Shown here: piece by piece, positions 1-11,891 of the stretch | Position numbering within the stretch: the first letter of the stretch is position 1 | Layout of the letters: each line of letters opens with the position of its first letter | NCBI GenBank assembly: GCA_000320545.1 | Contig: ADNK01001271.1 | Location: 1 to 38,903 of the forward strand | From: Bigelowiella natans CCMP2755 | Taxonomy: Eukaryota; Protista; Cercozoa | DNA: 38,903 nucleotides | Direction of reading: 5' to 3' | Notes under the pieces: model-generated | What the model was told of the DNA's origin: nothing | The model's database searches: none | The model's input: only the letters and a program-made list of their open reading frames with translations | Program-made: the position numbers and the translations under genes

Positions 1-1
1 G

Positions 2-196
2 GGGGATGTTCCTTCGATTAGTAAAAACAGTATGTCAGCACGCGATGTCAAAAAAATAGAAAGCCTTTTATGTTCTGCGAGAGCTGAGAATTTCTTCTTA
101 TTGAATCACGAAGGTGTGGGTCCTGAGTTTCTGTTGATTTGCTTTGCTGTTTTAGCGGAATCAGTCGATGAGTACCTGAAAAAACTGAAGAAGTAG
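2..196 (+). CDS. 3' end of an unidentified gene entering from the left edge
   Basis: Open frame GDVPSISKNSMSARDVKKIESLLCSARAENFFLLNHE..ESVDEYLKKLKK* ends at TAG 194-196, with a probable 42-nt GT-AG intron at 114-155. No family recognised. Confidence 0.5.
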   Translation, partial: GDVPSISKNSMSARDVKKIESLLCSARAENFFLLNHEGVGPEFLLICFAVLAESVDEYLKKLKK

Positions 197-502
197 GTGG
201 CCGACGGCGAGCATGGTTGCGTTCCTATTCACGACTCACGGCAGTACTAAGAAGAGCGGTAGGGCCAATTAATATTGTAAGGCTCCTTGTAAACTGCCCA
301 TTGTCTACTTGTTCCTGCTTAATAACAATGTTGCTCTAATCTGGTACACATGTGGGTCATATGTGGACGCACGTAGACTTTCGTACGCCGCGCACAATTG
401 TAAACACGCCCATGCGCACGTTCTAGCTCTTGCCCGCAATGCGCATAGCGTTAATTACGATACTTACATACATAGCATGTATACAACAATGTCTAGATGT
501 GC

Positions 503-630
503 ATGAAATGGATGTCTAGGATGTAGTGCAACATGATTACATTTTTCATTCAATGCGGTCATCCCGATGTAGCTGTGCAAAGCTGCGGCAACAGCAGCAA
601 CGCTTGTCAAGTGTTTTGTTTCGGCAATCA
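503..630 (+). repeat. Dispersed repeat family A, copy 1 (degenerate)
   Basis: ggatgt..attacatttttcattcaatgcggtcatcccgatgtagctgtgcaaagc aligns by eye with 21533-21603 (+), 2685-2781 (-) and 31915-32011 (-). Confidence 0.8.
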
Positions 631-801
631 TGTGCAATGCACTACTGCACACTCTATATATAGCACTTCATCACACTTGCACACTGGTAGCCGCTGCTTT
701 GCACAACAGCTACATCAAGCATGATTCTTGCAGCAGCACCTCCCCCGATCCACCTCAAAGCTGTAGATCTTGCTCAACATGCAAGTCGAGAACGGCGAAA
801 A

Positions 802-806
<5 letters not shown>

Positions 807-839
<33 letters not shown>
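807..839. repeat. (GA)n microsatellite
   Basis: Seen directly. Confidence 0.95.
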
Positions 840-842
<3 letters not shown>

Positions 843-1015
843 GAATTATCTGGTTGTCGCAGGGTGAAATTTGACTGTATTTTGCAATTTAGGGTGCAGG
901 GTGATTATGATTTTTGTTGTCGGAATTCGCAGGCTTGAACCGACGTTCCGGCTGCACAACAGGGAATGCTCGCCGCCGCAAGTTGGTGAGCAGCGTGCAG
1001 CTTCGGTTAGCGTAT

Positions 1016-2378
1016 ATGGGGTGGTTGTCCTGGTTCAGCTCCAACTGCCCGCTCGGACTTGGATGCTGCTTCGTTCCAAGGTCACTCACTCCTGCAGTCA
1101 AGAGACGAGTAGTGCCTTTGTGGGAGGGATTAGGGGAGTGCGGGCATATCTGCGACGCATGGACGCGCAATAAAACGATGAACATCATTACTTGTCATAA
1201 GTGCATGGTATCAGGATCATCATCAATGCGCACTCATCTCGTTGGTGTTTTAGAGCACCGGAAGGGACCGTCCTCCCCCACCTTGAGGAGGTTCAACTAG
1301 GAGGGGGAGATGGAGGAGGAGAAAGCGTGATTCTGGAAGCAGGAATGACTGCCAAAGAAAACGATTCTAAGGGGGGCCATGCCGCCGCAGCAGTAAGAGT
1401 TGTCCTTATCAGCGACACGCATGGTAGACATAGAGAGTTGGACCCCCTCCCAAAAGGCGACGTACTTATACACGCCGGAGACTTCACCACCTACCACAAA
1501 TATGGGTCCCGGGGAACACTCCAGGAATTCGACCGATGGCTCGGTGAACAGACACAGTATACGACTAGGCTGGTTATTTGCGGCAACCATGAGACGGTAG
1601 TGGAGCAGGGGGGAGATGATAAGATGGGGGGGGTTACGGACAAGTGTAACTTTTTACAATTAAATCGAGGCTTCTAGAAAAGTGCTTTATACGCTCGTTA
1701 TATCCCACGATGTTTTGGCATATCAGTTCCTCGATGAGGGAGGCGATTCACGACCGTCCTGTGAGCTGAAAAATGCTCAATGGCTACATGGGAATATAAT
1801 CGAAACGACGTCCAATTTGCGTGTATATGGAGCCCCATATCGTCCACGCAGAGGCTGCTGCTACCAAGCTGAGGCTTTCGGTAGTCTACAGGATCCCACA
1901 TGTTCTTCTGGCTTCCTTTCAAACGTTAAAGTCTTTTTTTGTTCTTCATGTTCTCACTATCGTACCCTGCTGCTGTCGTTGTCAACTTCTTTCTATCGCT
2001 GATTCAGGTAGATCACAGGGTTTCCTACGCGACGTGTGGAAATCGATCAAAAAGGAGGCGCGCATCGATATCGTCGTAACACACGGACCTCCATTCGGCG
2101 TTCTAGACGTTGAGAAGGTGGGCCACATTGGCGACTGGTACTTGTTGAAACACATCCAAGAGGCTCGGCCTTCATTGCACGTGTTTGGTCATGTGCACGG
2201 TACTCACGGGGCTCGATTGCTGCGCAACAAGAACACCGTAAGTATGAATCCAAACAGCAGCCGTAGCCACAACAAAAGTGGAGACAACACCATCCTCTTC
2301 GTCAACGCATCTAGCTGCTGTACCGAAAAGGGGGGGTTGCATCCGCCTGTGATTGTCGACATCTTTCCGAAAGTTTAG
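1016..2378 (+). CDS. Calcineurin-like metallophosphoesterase, MPPED1/MPPED2 (239FB/AB) family; exons ~1016-1080, 1254-1596, 1727-1880, 2008-2378
   Basis: Family motifs RVVLISDTH, DVLIHAGDFT, VICGNHE, VVTHGPP, LHVFGHVH and FVNASS are joined in frame by GT-AG introns. Exon 1 (MGWLSWF..GCC) is less certain; ATG 1345 is an alternative start. Confidence 0.9.
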
Positions 2379-2684
2379 CCGCAACGTGTGCAAAAAGTGT
2401 AACATTGAAATGCTGTGCCAATGGTAATCTACGTCCCGTGATGAAGATTCCACGCACAAAATATGCCCTCGCACGTACGTCGCGGCTTAGATGCACGAAT
2501 ATCTACACGCTCGCAAGTGTAGAAGCCAATGTCTGCAGAGTCATGTTCACACTCGGTTGTTGTGCACGTGTATACAGTCGCACAACACCACATGCACTCC
2601 AGCCAGGCTAAGCAGGACATCTGTGTGTGTGTGGAATGCACATGCTTCTGCTAGAACACAGCACATCACTGCAGAAATGAACAA

Positions 2685-2781
2685 ACACAACATAAGCGCC
2701 GTGGCCGTCGCTCTGCATAGCTTTATTTCATTAGGATGACAATATTGAAAAAATGTAATAATTTCATTACAATTCGTCTCT
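2685..2781 (-). repeat. Dispersed repeat family A, copy 2 (degenerate)
   Basis: Reverse complement gtaatgaaattattacattttttcaatattgtcatcctaatg..gctatgcagagcgacggccacggcgc matches the other copies. Confidence 0.75.
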
Positions 2782-3151
2782 GATGTTAATAGGACATTAA
2801 TCGTGAGTGACGGCAACAATGATTTAGCGTCGTCGAACGGTTACCGCATTGATCACAAATGGGAAGCTCATACAATCTAGCCATGGCACAAGCCAAGCGA
2901 AAGTCTCCAATGCATGCTACCACTAGATAGAAGAGCACACTGTGGTGCAAGGAGCACCGACAGTTTGCGCAAGAGACACAAAAGATGATGAATCTCCTTC
3001 GATCTAATAATAGTATCACCATGCAACATTGCACGACAAACCGATCGTGCGTGGAGCCTCAAGTACGATTTCAGCACGGGCTCTTTTTTGCAAAGCCACC
3101 CGTGATTATTTCAACTTTTGATACTATACATGTCGTCACTAGAGCTAATTC

Positions 3152-6100
3152 TCATACAGCGATGTTTACCCATTTGCGTCGCTTCGTCTCTTGCTCTTCT
3201 GTCGGAAGTTTCCGCTCGTGGCGATTGAGTGGGTGACTAAGTTCTATCTGCTCCATCGAGATTCTCGACGAGCTATCTATTCCAAAACCTGCTTGCTCAG
3301 GTATGCTATCGAGATGAGCGGAGGGTCTTGACGCTCCAACAAAAAGGTCATCGATTGCACCGCCGCCTCTCGTCGCCTGCGCATCCGAGCTCGATGACAG
3401 AGAGTGAAGGCTAATAGGTACGTTGGCCCTTGATAGCAAGTTCGTCGACGCGCTGAAGGTGACTTCGAAAACTTTCAAGGTGCGATGAGCTTGTCGCAGA
3501 GCACGCGCAACCTCCGTGTCATCGGAAACGTCCGTCTCCTCGATCTTCATTATGGTCCACCCACGCTTCACGCCCAACTGCTCTGCCTGGCCGCCTTTTT
3601 CAACGTATGTAACTGTAGCGTTTCGGTAATAAAATCCGACGCCTCCAGTCTCGAAGGAGAGCGACTCCGTGTACTTCCCAATGGAGGACAAACCCACTCC
3701 GCTGCCTCCTCTTCCGTCCACTCCATCATTCGATTCCTTTGGATCGAAGCAGTAGCTGCAGTGGCAAAAACACGAGGGCACGAACGGAGCGAAGATCAGC
3801 ATTTCAAGCATCAAAATTTGAAACACCCGAAGTATAAAGTCCCAACAGAATGAGAGAAGGGTGCCCTCCACCCACTGTTCATAGCAGTCCCTCATCTGCC
3901 AAGAAAGCGGGATCAGTAAGACTAAGCTGCCCATAACGACCACCACGGCGAACGCCACGCCGACGTAGTCTCTGCAGTTCCAACGGTGCGTGTCAATGTC
4001 ATCGTCTGAGAACGACCGCATGCTTGCTCTTCTCCCTGAAAGGGCCTGGGCATTCACCGCGTGTCCGGATTTCAAGGAATGCATGATGGCCTTTGAGCTC
4101 TTGACGCCGAGTTTGTCGTACACTTGGGGGAGTTGGGTTTCAAGACTTGTGCGGCTTGCCGCGGTCATTTTCTGAACGCTGGCCTGGAAATTAGCCCCTT
4201 GCTGGGCCTCCTTCTCCTCCTCAACTTCATCATCTTGGTGATTGCCGCCCTCCTCATCCACCCACTCTTCGTCTTCATGCTCCATGTCGCCGGCCTTTTC
4301 CACCACGGGGCAAATGAAAAACAACACCAGGTAAGTTGGGGGGAGGCGAATGAAGAATAGGGAAAAAGCTCATGCTCATATTTTTCAATGAAGCTATTTA
4401 CTACCTCAAATCCGCATTCTCCACAGCAGGTACCGGAGTCGCCAGTAAGATACGCGGTACAGAGTAGCAAGCACCCGCACATTTTGTGGCTGAAATCTGT
4501 GCTGAGACTCACATAAAAGGGCTTTGGGACTTTGCGAGAGAAAAGTCTGGAGTGCAAATATGGAACAGGGAAGGCGAGTAAGCAGGATACAAGCCCTGAT
4601 GCCAACGCAGAGGCGACAAACGGAAGCTCTTGGTCTTGCCTGTGAATCAATGCTGAAACCACCATCTGCAGGAACTGAACCACAGCAAAAACGGTGGAGC
4701 GCTTGGCGGAAGTGAGGAAGTCGCCGCGATGCCTGAACATAAATAGCCAGGGATGCATCCTTCGGAGGTCCCAGCAGGAGTGCTTGAGGAAGTTGCTCCA
4801 TGAACGCTTGCCTTTGGCGCGCAGCAGGCGCATGCGATTGAACTTCCTCCAGAAGGCCCGGGAATCCTTTGCAGCCTGATCGCTGTTCTTGAGGAGCTTG
4901 TCGTAGAACAAGGCGCCCAAGAAGAACAAGAGGCATGTAACTGCCATTGAGCAGCCGAACCACATGACAGGATTTTCCACCGTGTAGGCGTTTCTGTCTG
5001 AAATCCCTCGCTCGTCCACCGTGTTCACCTGGATGCGCACGTCCGTGCGCGCGTTAAAAGCAGTCAAGTGGTTTGATTCGCACAGCACTGCGCTCCCCGT
5101 ATCCCCGCGAAGCCTCACCCCAGCAGACGACCAGTTAGCCACGGTTGGGTTCCAGAAGCGGCACGCCGATGTGAAGGCACTCTCATCTCCATGCTCGGCT
5201 TTATTTCCCTTCGGTGTCTGAATGACAACGGGTTGACTAAGGTTCTGCACCGGCAGGCGCTGGCCCAGTTGGCGCAGCTCGATGACTACCAAACTGGTCG
5301 CTGTGGCGGCCTCAGGAGGATAAACGGTGTCATCGTTTACCGTGACCATCAGCGCGGAAAGAGGGTGCTGCGGGTTTCCAATAGGCGTCCCTGCAGAGCT
5401 AGCGTTTCCGGGGATCCGAAGAGTGGCATTGCTCAGCACCAAGGTTGTTCCCTCGCTTTGGAACTGGGAAGCGCCGACCAGATGCGACGCCAGGCTCACC
5501 CTTTTTGTCGAAACGGTGCGCGCAAACTCTCCAGTCACAGCGTCTGAGGTTTGGCCCTGGGCTAATCCAGTGAGGACGGACTCTACCCTCGGAGCTAGCG
5601 CTGCCCTTTCCTGCGCATCAGCGTCGACTGCTGCAACGTCGATGATGTTACTCACTGCGGAGAGCGTGCTAGAGACCATGGAGGACACGAAGGTATTGGC
5701 AGGGTTATTGACAAGGTTGGTGGCGATGTCGATAGCCACAGCGCGCGAATGGCTGTCCAGTTCGGCCTGGACCCCACTGTCAGCACTCGATCCGTGTCCT
5801 ACGGAGCTATCGCTCGAGTTGCTGAAAGCGGGGTTGGTAACGACACTCAGGAGGGACGACGGCAGGCCCACGTCTTCTTCAAATGAAGAGGACGACGATG
5901 GTATCGCTTGCAAGCTCTTGATGGAATTCAGCAGGTCTGCTCGGATCGCCCTCCTTTCAGCCAGGGAGCGGGTTTCCGTGCTCGTTCGGCCTCCATTGTT
6001 GAGATCCTGCGCCAGTCCCGTAACCAGTACTGAGAAGCGCTGCAGGTCTGTACAAACAACGTTGTTCAAACGCGGTATCAAATTATACGCATGCAATGCA

Positions 6101-6580
6101 TGTTGCGCGAGTTGCCCTTCTCCCCCCCCCCTCCCCCTCTCTCGCTTTCTCTCCTCTGATATCTAAGAAGAAGAACCTCCTTCGTCCAAAGTGGAGTTGA
6201 TCAACTGCTGGATACCGGTCGAATCAACTTGCGTAGCAGGGGCTATCTCCACGGTGAAGGCGAACATGCTCGAAGCTCCGAAGCTGTCCTCAATCCTTCC
6301 ACGAACTGCATTTACCACAGCAACCAAAAAATCATCATTTAGTTGAGACACCAGGGGGACTACGGAAGTGGCAATAGGTGTGGAGGTAAGCTGTGGTTAG
6401 GTGGTGGGAAGAAGAACGACGTTTAAGCGAAGTTCCATTGCTCGCCGCAGGCAAGAGCGTTCGGCAGAGGTTATTCTCCTTCTGGAAACACAGATCAAGA
6501 ATAACTTCCACACCAGCTATGCTTTGCTCCGCCTAGAGGATTAAAACCATTTTTTTCTGAGTGTGTGACTCCTCCCATCG

Positions 6581-6628
<48 letters not shown>

Positions 6629-6825
6629 CGTTGTTCTGTCTCACTTCTTTTATTCTCTAGAAATTAATAGAATTCGTTGCTTTATCTCTTATGCAATACA
6701 AATGTTATGGGAAAAGTAGATACCCATCGAAGATATCCACACACGCACTCTCTCTCACACACACACACACGCGCGCGCGCACTCATAGGCACACAAACAC
6801 GATATCTACGCGCTCAGATACGTGC

Positions 6826-6888
<63 letters not shown>

Positions 6889-9800
6889 CTAAGTGGGTAT
6901 GTTTGCATACTCTACCTGGAAACCATAGGTCAATGGAATATCTTCGTCAGTCCAGTCTTGACAAAAGAGAACGTAACTAGTGCTCAGGGCAACTCCTGTC
7001 GTAAACGGGGGTGATGCCACAGCTGACCCCGCCACCACTGATGATGGTGAGGAGGAAGAAGAAGATAAGTCTGGGGATCCGCCACAAGAGCCTAGAGAGG
7101 GCGGTGAGTTCGTGGAGAATGATATGGTTGCGCTTCCAGTCTGACCATACTTATCATGGGCCTGGACAGTGAAGATGAAGGACGCGGGAGATGCTAAGGT
7201 TCCTGGGGAAATCACGAGATTCGAAACGTTACGCGGCGACAGCAACCCCTCCACCCCGCCACCACCTGCTGGCCCCTCAATCAGGGGAGCAAAGTTCTCC
7301 GAGTCGCAGAACCATGAATATGACGTGATTGCGCTGCTGTGCTGTGTTGACGTTACCAAAGCGACGCGCGAACCTGAATTGAGGATCAACCGCTGCGTAC
7401 CGCCGCCACTGGACCCGTCTCCCTCGTACACCCGCGCACCCTGAACTCCCAAGTTGAGTATGGGGATCGGGAAGGTAGAGAGCGAGATCTCCTGGTACGC
7501 AGTGGAGATGCGGGAATAGTTGGCACTCGAGGGCCTCCCCGTCACGTTGAGCTGGACGATGAGGGATGTGAGGTTAAGGGAGTAAAGGAAACCACTAGTT
7601 ATATTTAGCTGGGGCCCTGATTCAAGAGTCCCAACAGGTAGTGTCAGGGCAAAGGCAGAGTTCGGAATAGAAAGCCGCCATTGGAATTGAAGCTCTTGCG
7701 TATCATTTCCAGCAGCAGTAGCAGGATCCCACGACTCACTGGCATCGAAGGTAACCAGCTCTTGGCTGAGCTCAAGGGCCGGTATTGACCGTCTGCCACC
7801 CCCGGATATCACCGCGACAACTGGATCAGCTTCGACTCGCACCAGAAACGTGGCGTTTCCTGTCCCCAGAACGATACCCGAGGTCACGTCCACCGCGGTC
7901 GCTGTGAGAGTGAACCCATAGACGCTGCCGACAGACAGACTGTATGGTGCCAAGCGGAGGTACACCGATGTTCGCTCCGGAATGGCTACAGCTTCCGTCG
8001 AGAGCTCGGAGGCGAAGATCTGCGCTGAGCCTAGATTCCTCGAGCTCGGAAGGGCTTGCTTCCATGTGCCTCTAGTCATCACACCTGAGCGCCCGGTTGA
8101 GTTGCCGGCACACTGCGGGACGACGATCTGCGCGCGTATCGACAGGGTGTTCTGCACCTTGGCCCGGAGCTGACCGGCATAAGGGCGGAGAATAATGGGG
8201 ACGAAATCTGAGCGCTTCACCACGGTGAAGTTGGCCGTGGAGGTGTGGTTTAGCCAGTTTGTCATCGTCAGAGCGAAGGTGTGGCTCCCCAACGACGCGT
8301 TCGCCGATGGTATCTCCATACGCATGCCCTGCAGGTTCGTGATGTATGCCTTCGCTGCAGGGCTGAGCGTAGACAGGTTTCCGGGGATATAACTCCATGA
8401 AATACGGGTGAAATCGCGCCCTAAAGCGCCTTGGCTCTGGCCTGCATCTAGCGTGATGCTATCACACGTCCCCACAGCATCTGAACCATCAAGAACGACC
8501 TTAGTCTGAATCACATCGAGAGGAATCCCGACGGTAGCGTTGCCCTCCAGGCCACGGAAACGAACTGAGATCGCGCTCCCCGGCTGAACGGTGGCCGAAG
8601 AGCCCAGGGCGATTGTGACTTGTCTAGAATCGGACCAGGTGCAGGAATACCCGGTTCCCAGCTGCTGGGCGGAGTTTCCAGAGAGAAGCTCAGCGCACTC
8701 GAAGGCAGGGGAAAGAGCAGTGGAGACGGAGAAGCCGAGTTTTATTCGACTGCAGTCGCTGGAGAACACAGCGGACAGCAAGCCGATGTTGGTCATGGTC
8801 GGTGAGCTGGACGAGGGCGAGCAAGTTGGCTCTGCGCTAGGACTTTTGGAAGGCGAAAATGAAAATGAAGCCATCATCGACGGGGAGAGCGAGGGCAAGG
8901 AGGTGGTTCCCTGCGGTATCGGCGTGTTCGTAGGGCTGAGCGAGGATGGCGATAGAGATGATGGACAAATACTCGGACTTAACGATGGAGATCGGGAAGG
9001 CATCTGCGTGGGAGTTATGGACGGGGAAAGGCTGGGGGCTATACTCGGAGATGAAGTTAGATCTGATGGAAATCGAGAAGGCATCTGCGTGGGAGTTATG
9101 GACGGCGAAAGGCTGGGAGCTATACTCGGAGATGACGATGGAGATCGGGAGGGGCTACAGCTCGGTGCTCCAGATGGTGTGGCAGTCGGGCTGCTCGAAG
9201 GGAGTGACGATGGCGACAGGGTTGGTGAGCGAGAAGGCGCTGCAGTGGGACTTGTTGAAGGGCATGAAGACGGGGTCGTGGTTGGTGAATGGGAAGGGCT
9301 AGCACTGGGAGCTTGGGTAGGAGCCGTAGTTGGGATCTGGGATGGACACAGAGATGGCATTTGAGAGGGGCCAGAAGTAGGGGCTAGAGTCGGTGCTACA
9401 GTCGGGGTCTTCGAAGGGGTACTTGATGGCGACTGGGAAGGGGTAGCGGTTGGAGCCTTGCTCGGAGACACCGTACTGTTTCACATTAGAGAATAAGTGT
9501 TCAGACAATTCAATATTTAAATCTTCCGAGGGCTGCTTTTGATTCAAGACGACCTGGGCGCGAAGGTGACTGGGCTTTGTGTTGGAGCAGATGTAGATCG
9601 CCATGTACCAGCAGCAACAGCAAGAATTGTGCTTGTATCGCATGTTGGAAAGGCGAATATCCGTCCATCTCCACCGGTCACTATGCTGTTATATCGGCCT
9701 CCAATTTGGATGGTGGAACTGAAATTTTGTACCTTGAGCACACACACAAGCACACACGCATGTGAGCAAATCCAAGTGCCAATAACTTTCAGCAATTCAC

Positions 9801-10764
9801 TCACTGGGTCGATTATGAGGAGCAGACTCTGAGCCAGTCCATTTCCAGGTGCGAACAGTCTTCCATCTGGACCTGCTGTAACGTCACTAAATAAATCGTA
9901 CCCACTGTATTGTATCGCGGAGAAGAGGGGCGGAATAAGGTAGGTGGTGTTCAGCGATGGGTCAAGTACCTGAGAGAACAACACGAGCACACACTCACAC
10001 ATACGCATGCGCTACTCAAAGATACGTTCGGTTGCATAGGGGAATACAACGTATGGGATGTATCTGACTGATGTGGAAAAATGTCGACTCATATATCTTG
10101 TACTCTGACTACCCGGACTTGCGCAGTATGGGTGCCAATAGGATTGGCTGGTGCGATGTAAACACGGCCATCACTGATAAACGATACGCACCGAACTCAG
10201 CCAACAGAGAACTCCAGTGATGCAAGCTCGTACAGTGAAGTATTCGATTCTTTTAAGCTACCTGCCAACTATCATTCTTCCCGGCCAAAGACTTTGAATC
10301 CCGCCCAAGGTAGTCAGAGTCAATTGCGTGGGATCCAGGACTTGAAACTTTCCGTTTGCTAAATAGAATGGTAGCTACGTTACTTGTTCAGGGGAACTTC
10401 CTAGCCGTGTTGTTGCATGGGAGCACGCGGTGTCGATGGTGGTATTTTTCATTAGAAAACCGAATAAATTTCAACCTCTTGGACTCATGTAGATGCGGCC
10501 ATCTGGTACTGCTACCATTTGGAGAAAACGACCCTGTTATGGTATGCAGTGAGGTATAATTTTACTTTTGCAATCGATTGCTGGAGCAACTTAGCACTCA
10601 CCGATGTTGCGAGGGAATAAAGCGGAGGCTGTTGACCGGTGGGCGTGAGGTACTTGATTTCATCAGCATTCCTGGGAGCGAAGAAGATTTTACCCGCAGA
10701 AAATACAGAGGATGCAAACCTACGAAGACAATCGTCGAGCAATAAGTGCAGAACGTCAAACTTC

Positions 10765-10806
<42 letters not shown>

Positions 10807-11503
10807 AGTCCCAATTGATCAGAAAAAGGTTATTCTTAAGCTTCTTCTTACTTAGCATTCACATCGCCTCCAGAAGGCATCAAGTATTCGTTGTGCAAGT
10901 ACGACCTGGCCATGCAGCACCAACATGAGAGTGAGAATAAAAGGGCCTAGGATGTGCTACACAATCGAATAGAAATTGAATTTGAACTTACGTATTGGTT
11001 GACGTGTCGATTATAAGAATATAGAATCCTGAACCAGGCGGACAATATATTTTCCCATTCGTCGAGTTGGTCTCATAAAGGGTGCAAGATATAAACTTCT
11101 TTGAGCCAGAGGACGAGTAGGATGTTGGGAGGAAAGAGGCTGCGTCACTTTCAGTATCAACGAGCAATACGTGATTTGAGGTATATGGCGCTGCAAATAA
11201 TCGCCCATCACTTAGCATTACTGCTGCATCTTTGACGTAATGATACTCGTCTGTACTTGTTAGACTTGCAAAATGAAGATCGTTCTGCGCCAACTTATAA
11301 GTTGCATTGTTGGGGTGGATCATGATTACATTTGTTACTTTGCCCGGCACGGCAACAACCTTGCCGTTGGGAGCTCGGTGAGCTGACGTGTACTGCATAC
11401 ATGATATACTCGAGGTTGTATTGGGGAGAAAATACGTTGAGACGGATGACTGTCCCTCAACCCTATTCCCGTAATAGAAAAGCAGCAGAATCCCAAGGAG
11501 CAT
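3152..11503 (-). CDS. Large polycystin-1/PKDREJ-like cell-surface receptor: signal peptide, ~8-blade beta-propeller, S/P/T stalk, REJ region, GPS, ~5 TM, C-terminal PDZ
   Basis: Signal peptide MLLGILLLFYYG. Eight xxGK/R-hydrophobic-P repeats, then a PTxxPS stalk. REJ-like segments ITLDAGQS, VTFDASESWDP, TNSPPSLGSC and WTDEDIPLTYGF. GPS CRFWNPTVANWSSAGV..CESNHLTAF. PKD1-like HPWLFMF..DFLTSAKR. PDZ GVGFYYRNATVTYVEKGGQAEQLGVKRGWTIMKI. Phase-consistent introns include 4295-4404, 6048-6176, 6391-6915 and 9476-9553, plus several in 9.7-11.0 kb. Confidence 0.85.
6583..6888. repeat. Intronic microsatellite cluster (CT)n, (CA)n(CG)n, (TA)n(TG)n
   Basis: Seen directly inside intron 6391-6915. Confidence 0.95.
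8800..9475 (-). repeat. Coding Ser/Pro/Thr tetrapeptide repeat (mucin-like stalk) including a near-exact ~78-nt internal duplication
   Basis: PTxxPSxxPS periodicity; SSPSIAPSLSPSITPTQMPSR occurs twice. Confidence 0.9.
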
Positions 11504-11891
11504 GAATTTGAATCCTCTACGACTTAGCGATCAAAATTAGCACTTCTCACGATCCACTACGCGGCCCAAAACTTCGGGATCGTAAACGGCCAATACTCTG
11601 AGGCAACAGGCAGCAAGGCACGGAATACAGGTGTTGCCAGGCACGGGAACCGTCGAACATGTGAATCTCGGAATGATCTGCAGGTTTCTCGGGGTTTCCG
11701 CGGAAGAACGCAGTAACTCCGTATAACTTCCAGACGGGGAAAACGACGGCTACTTCCCTTATATTTACCGGTGAGAATGATGTCGCAACATTAAAATTGT
11801 CTAGCATGGAGACGCTCAGGCTAAACCGCATACATTTTCCCCCAAAAACAGCAGAGAGTTGAATATTTCTCATCGGGTTCGTTCCAACCCG
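11504..11891. promoter_or_regulatory. Putative bidirectional promoter between the receptor (-) and GUCD1 (+)
   Basis: Head-to-head ATGs about 390 bp apart. Positional inference only. Confidence 0.45.

Noticed and set aside
533-724. Short ORFs sharing GHP(D/N)VAVQ with 31749-31976
   Set aside because: Translations of non-coding repeat A; the copies differ by frameshifting indels.
5327-6166. 279-aa + strand ORF
   Set aside because: Antisense shadow of the GC-rich receptor exon; no independent motifs.
8591-9364. 257-aa + strand ORF with G-x-x-(D/E/V)-G repeats
   Set aside because: Reverse-complement translation of the S/P/T stalk.
10197-10199. Apparent in-frame TGA in the propeller region (selenocysteine or pseudogene?)
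   Set aside because: It falls inside a GT-AG intron; splicing GGC AG|..|T GAT restores VGSDGRVY.
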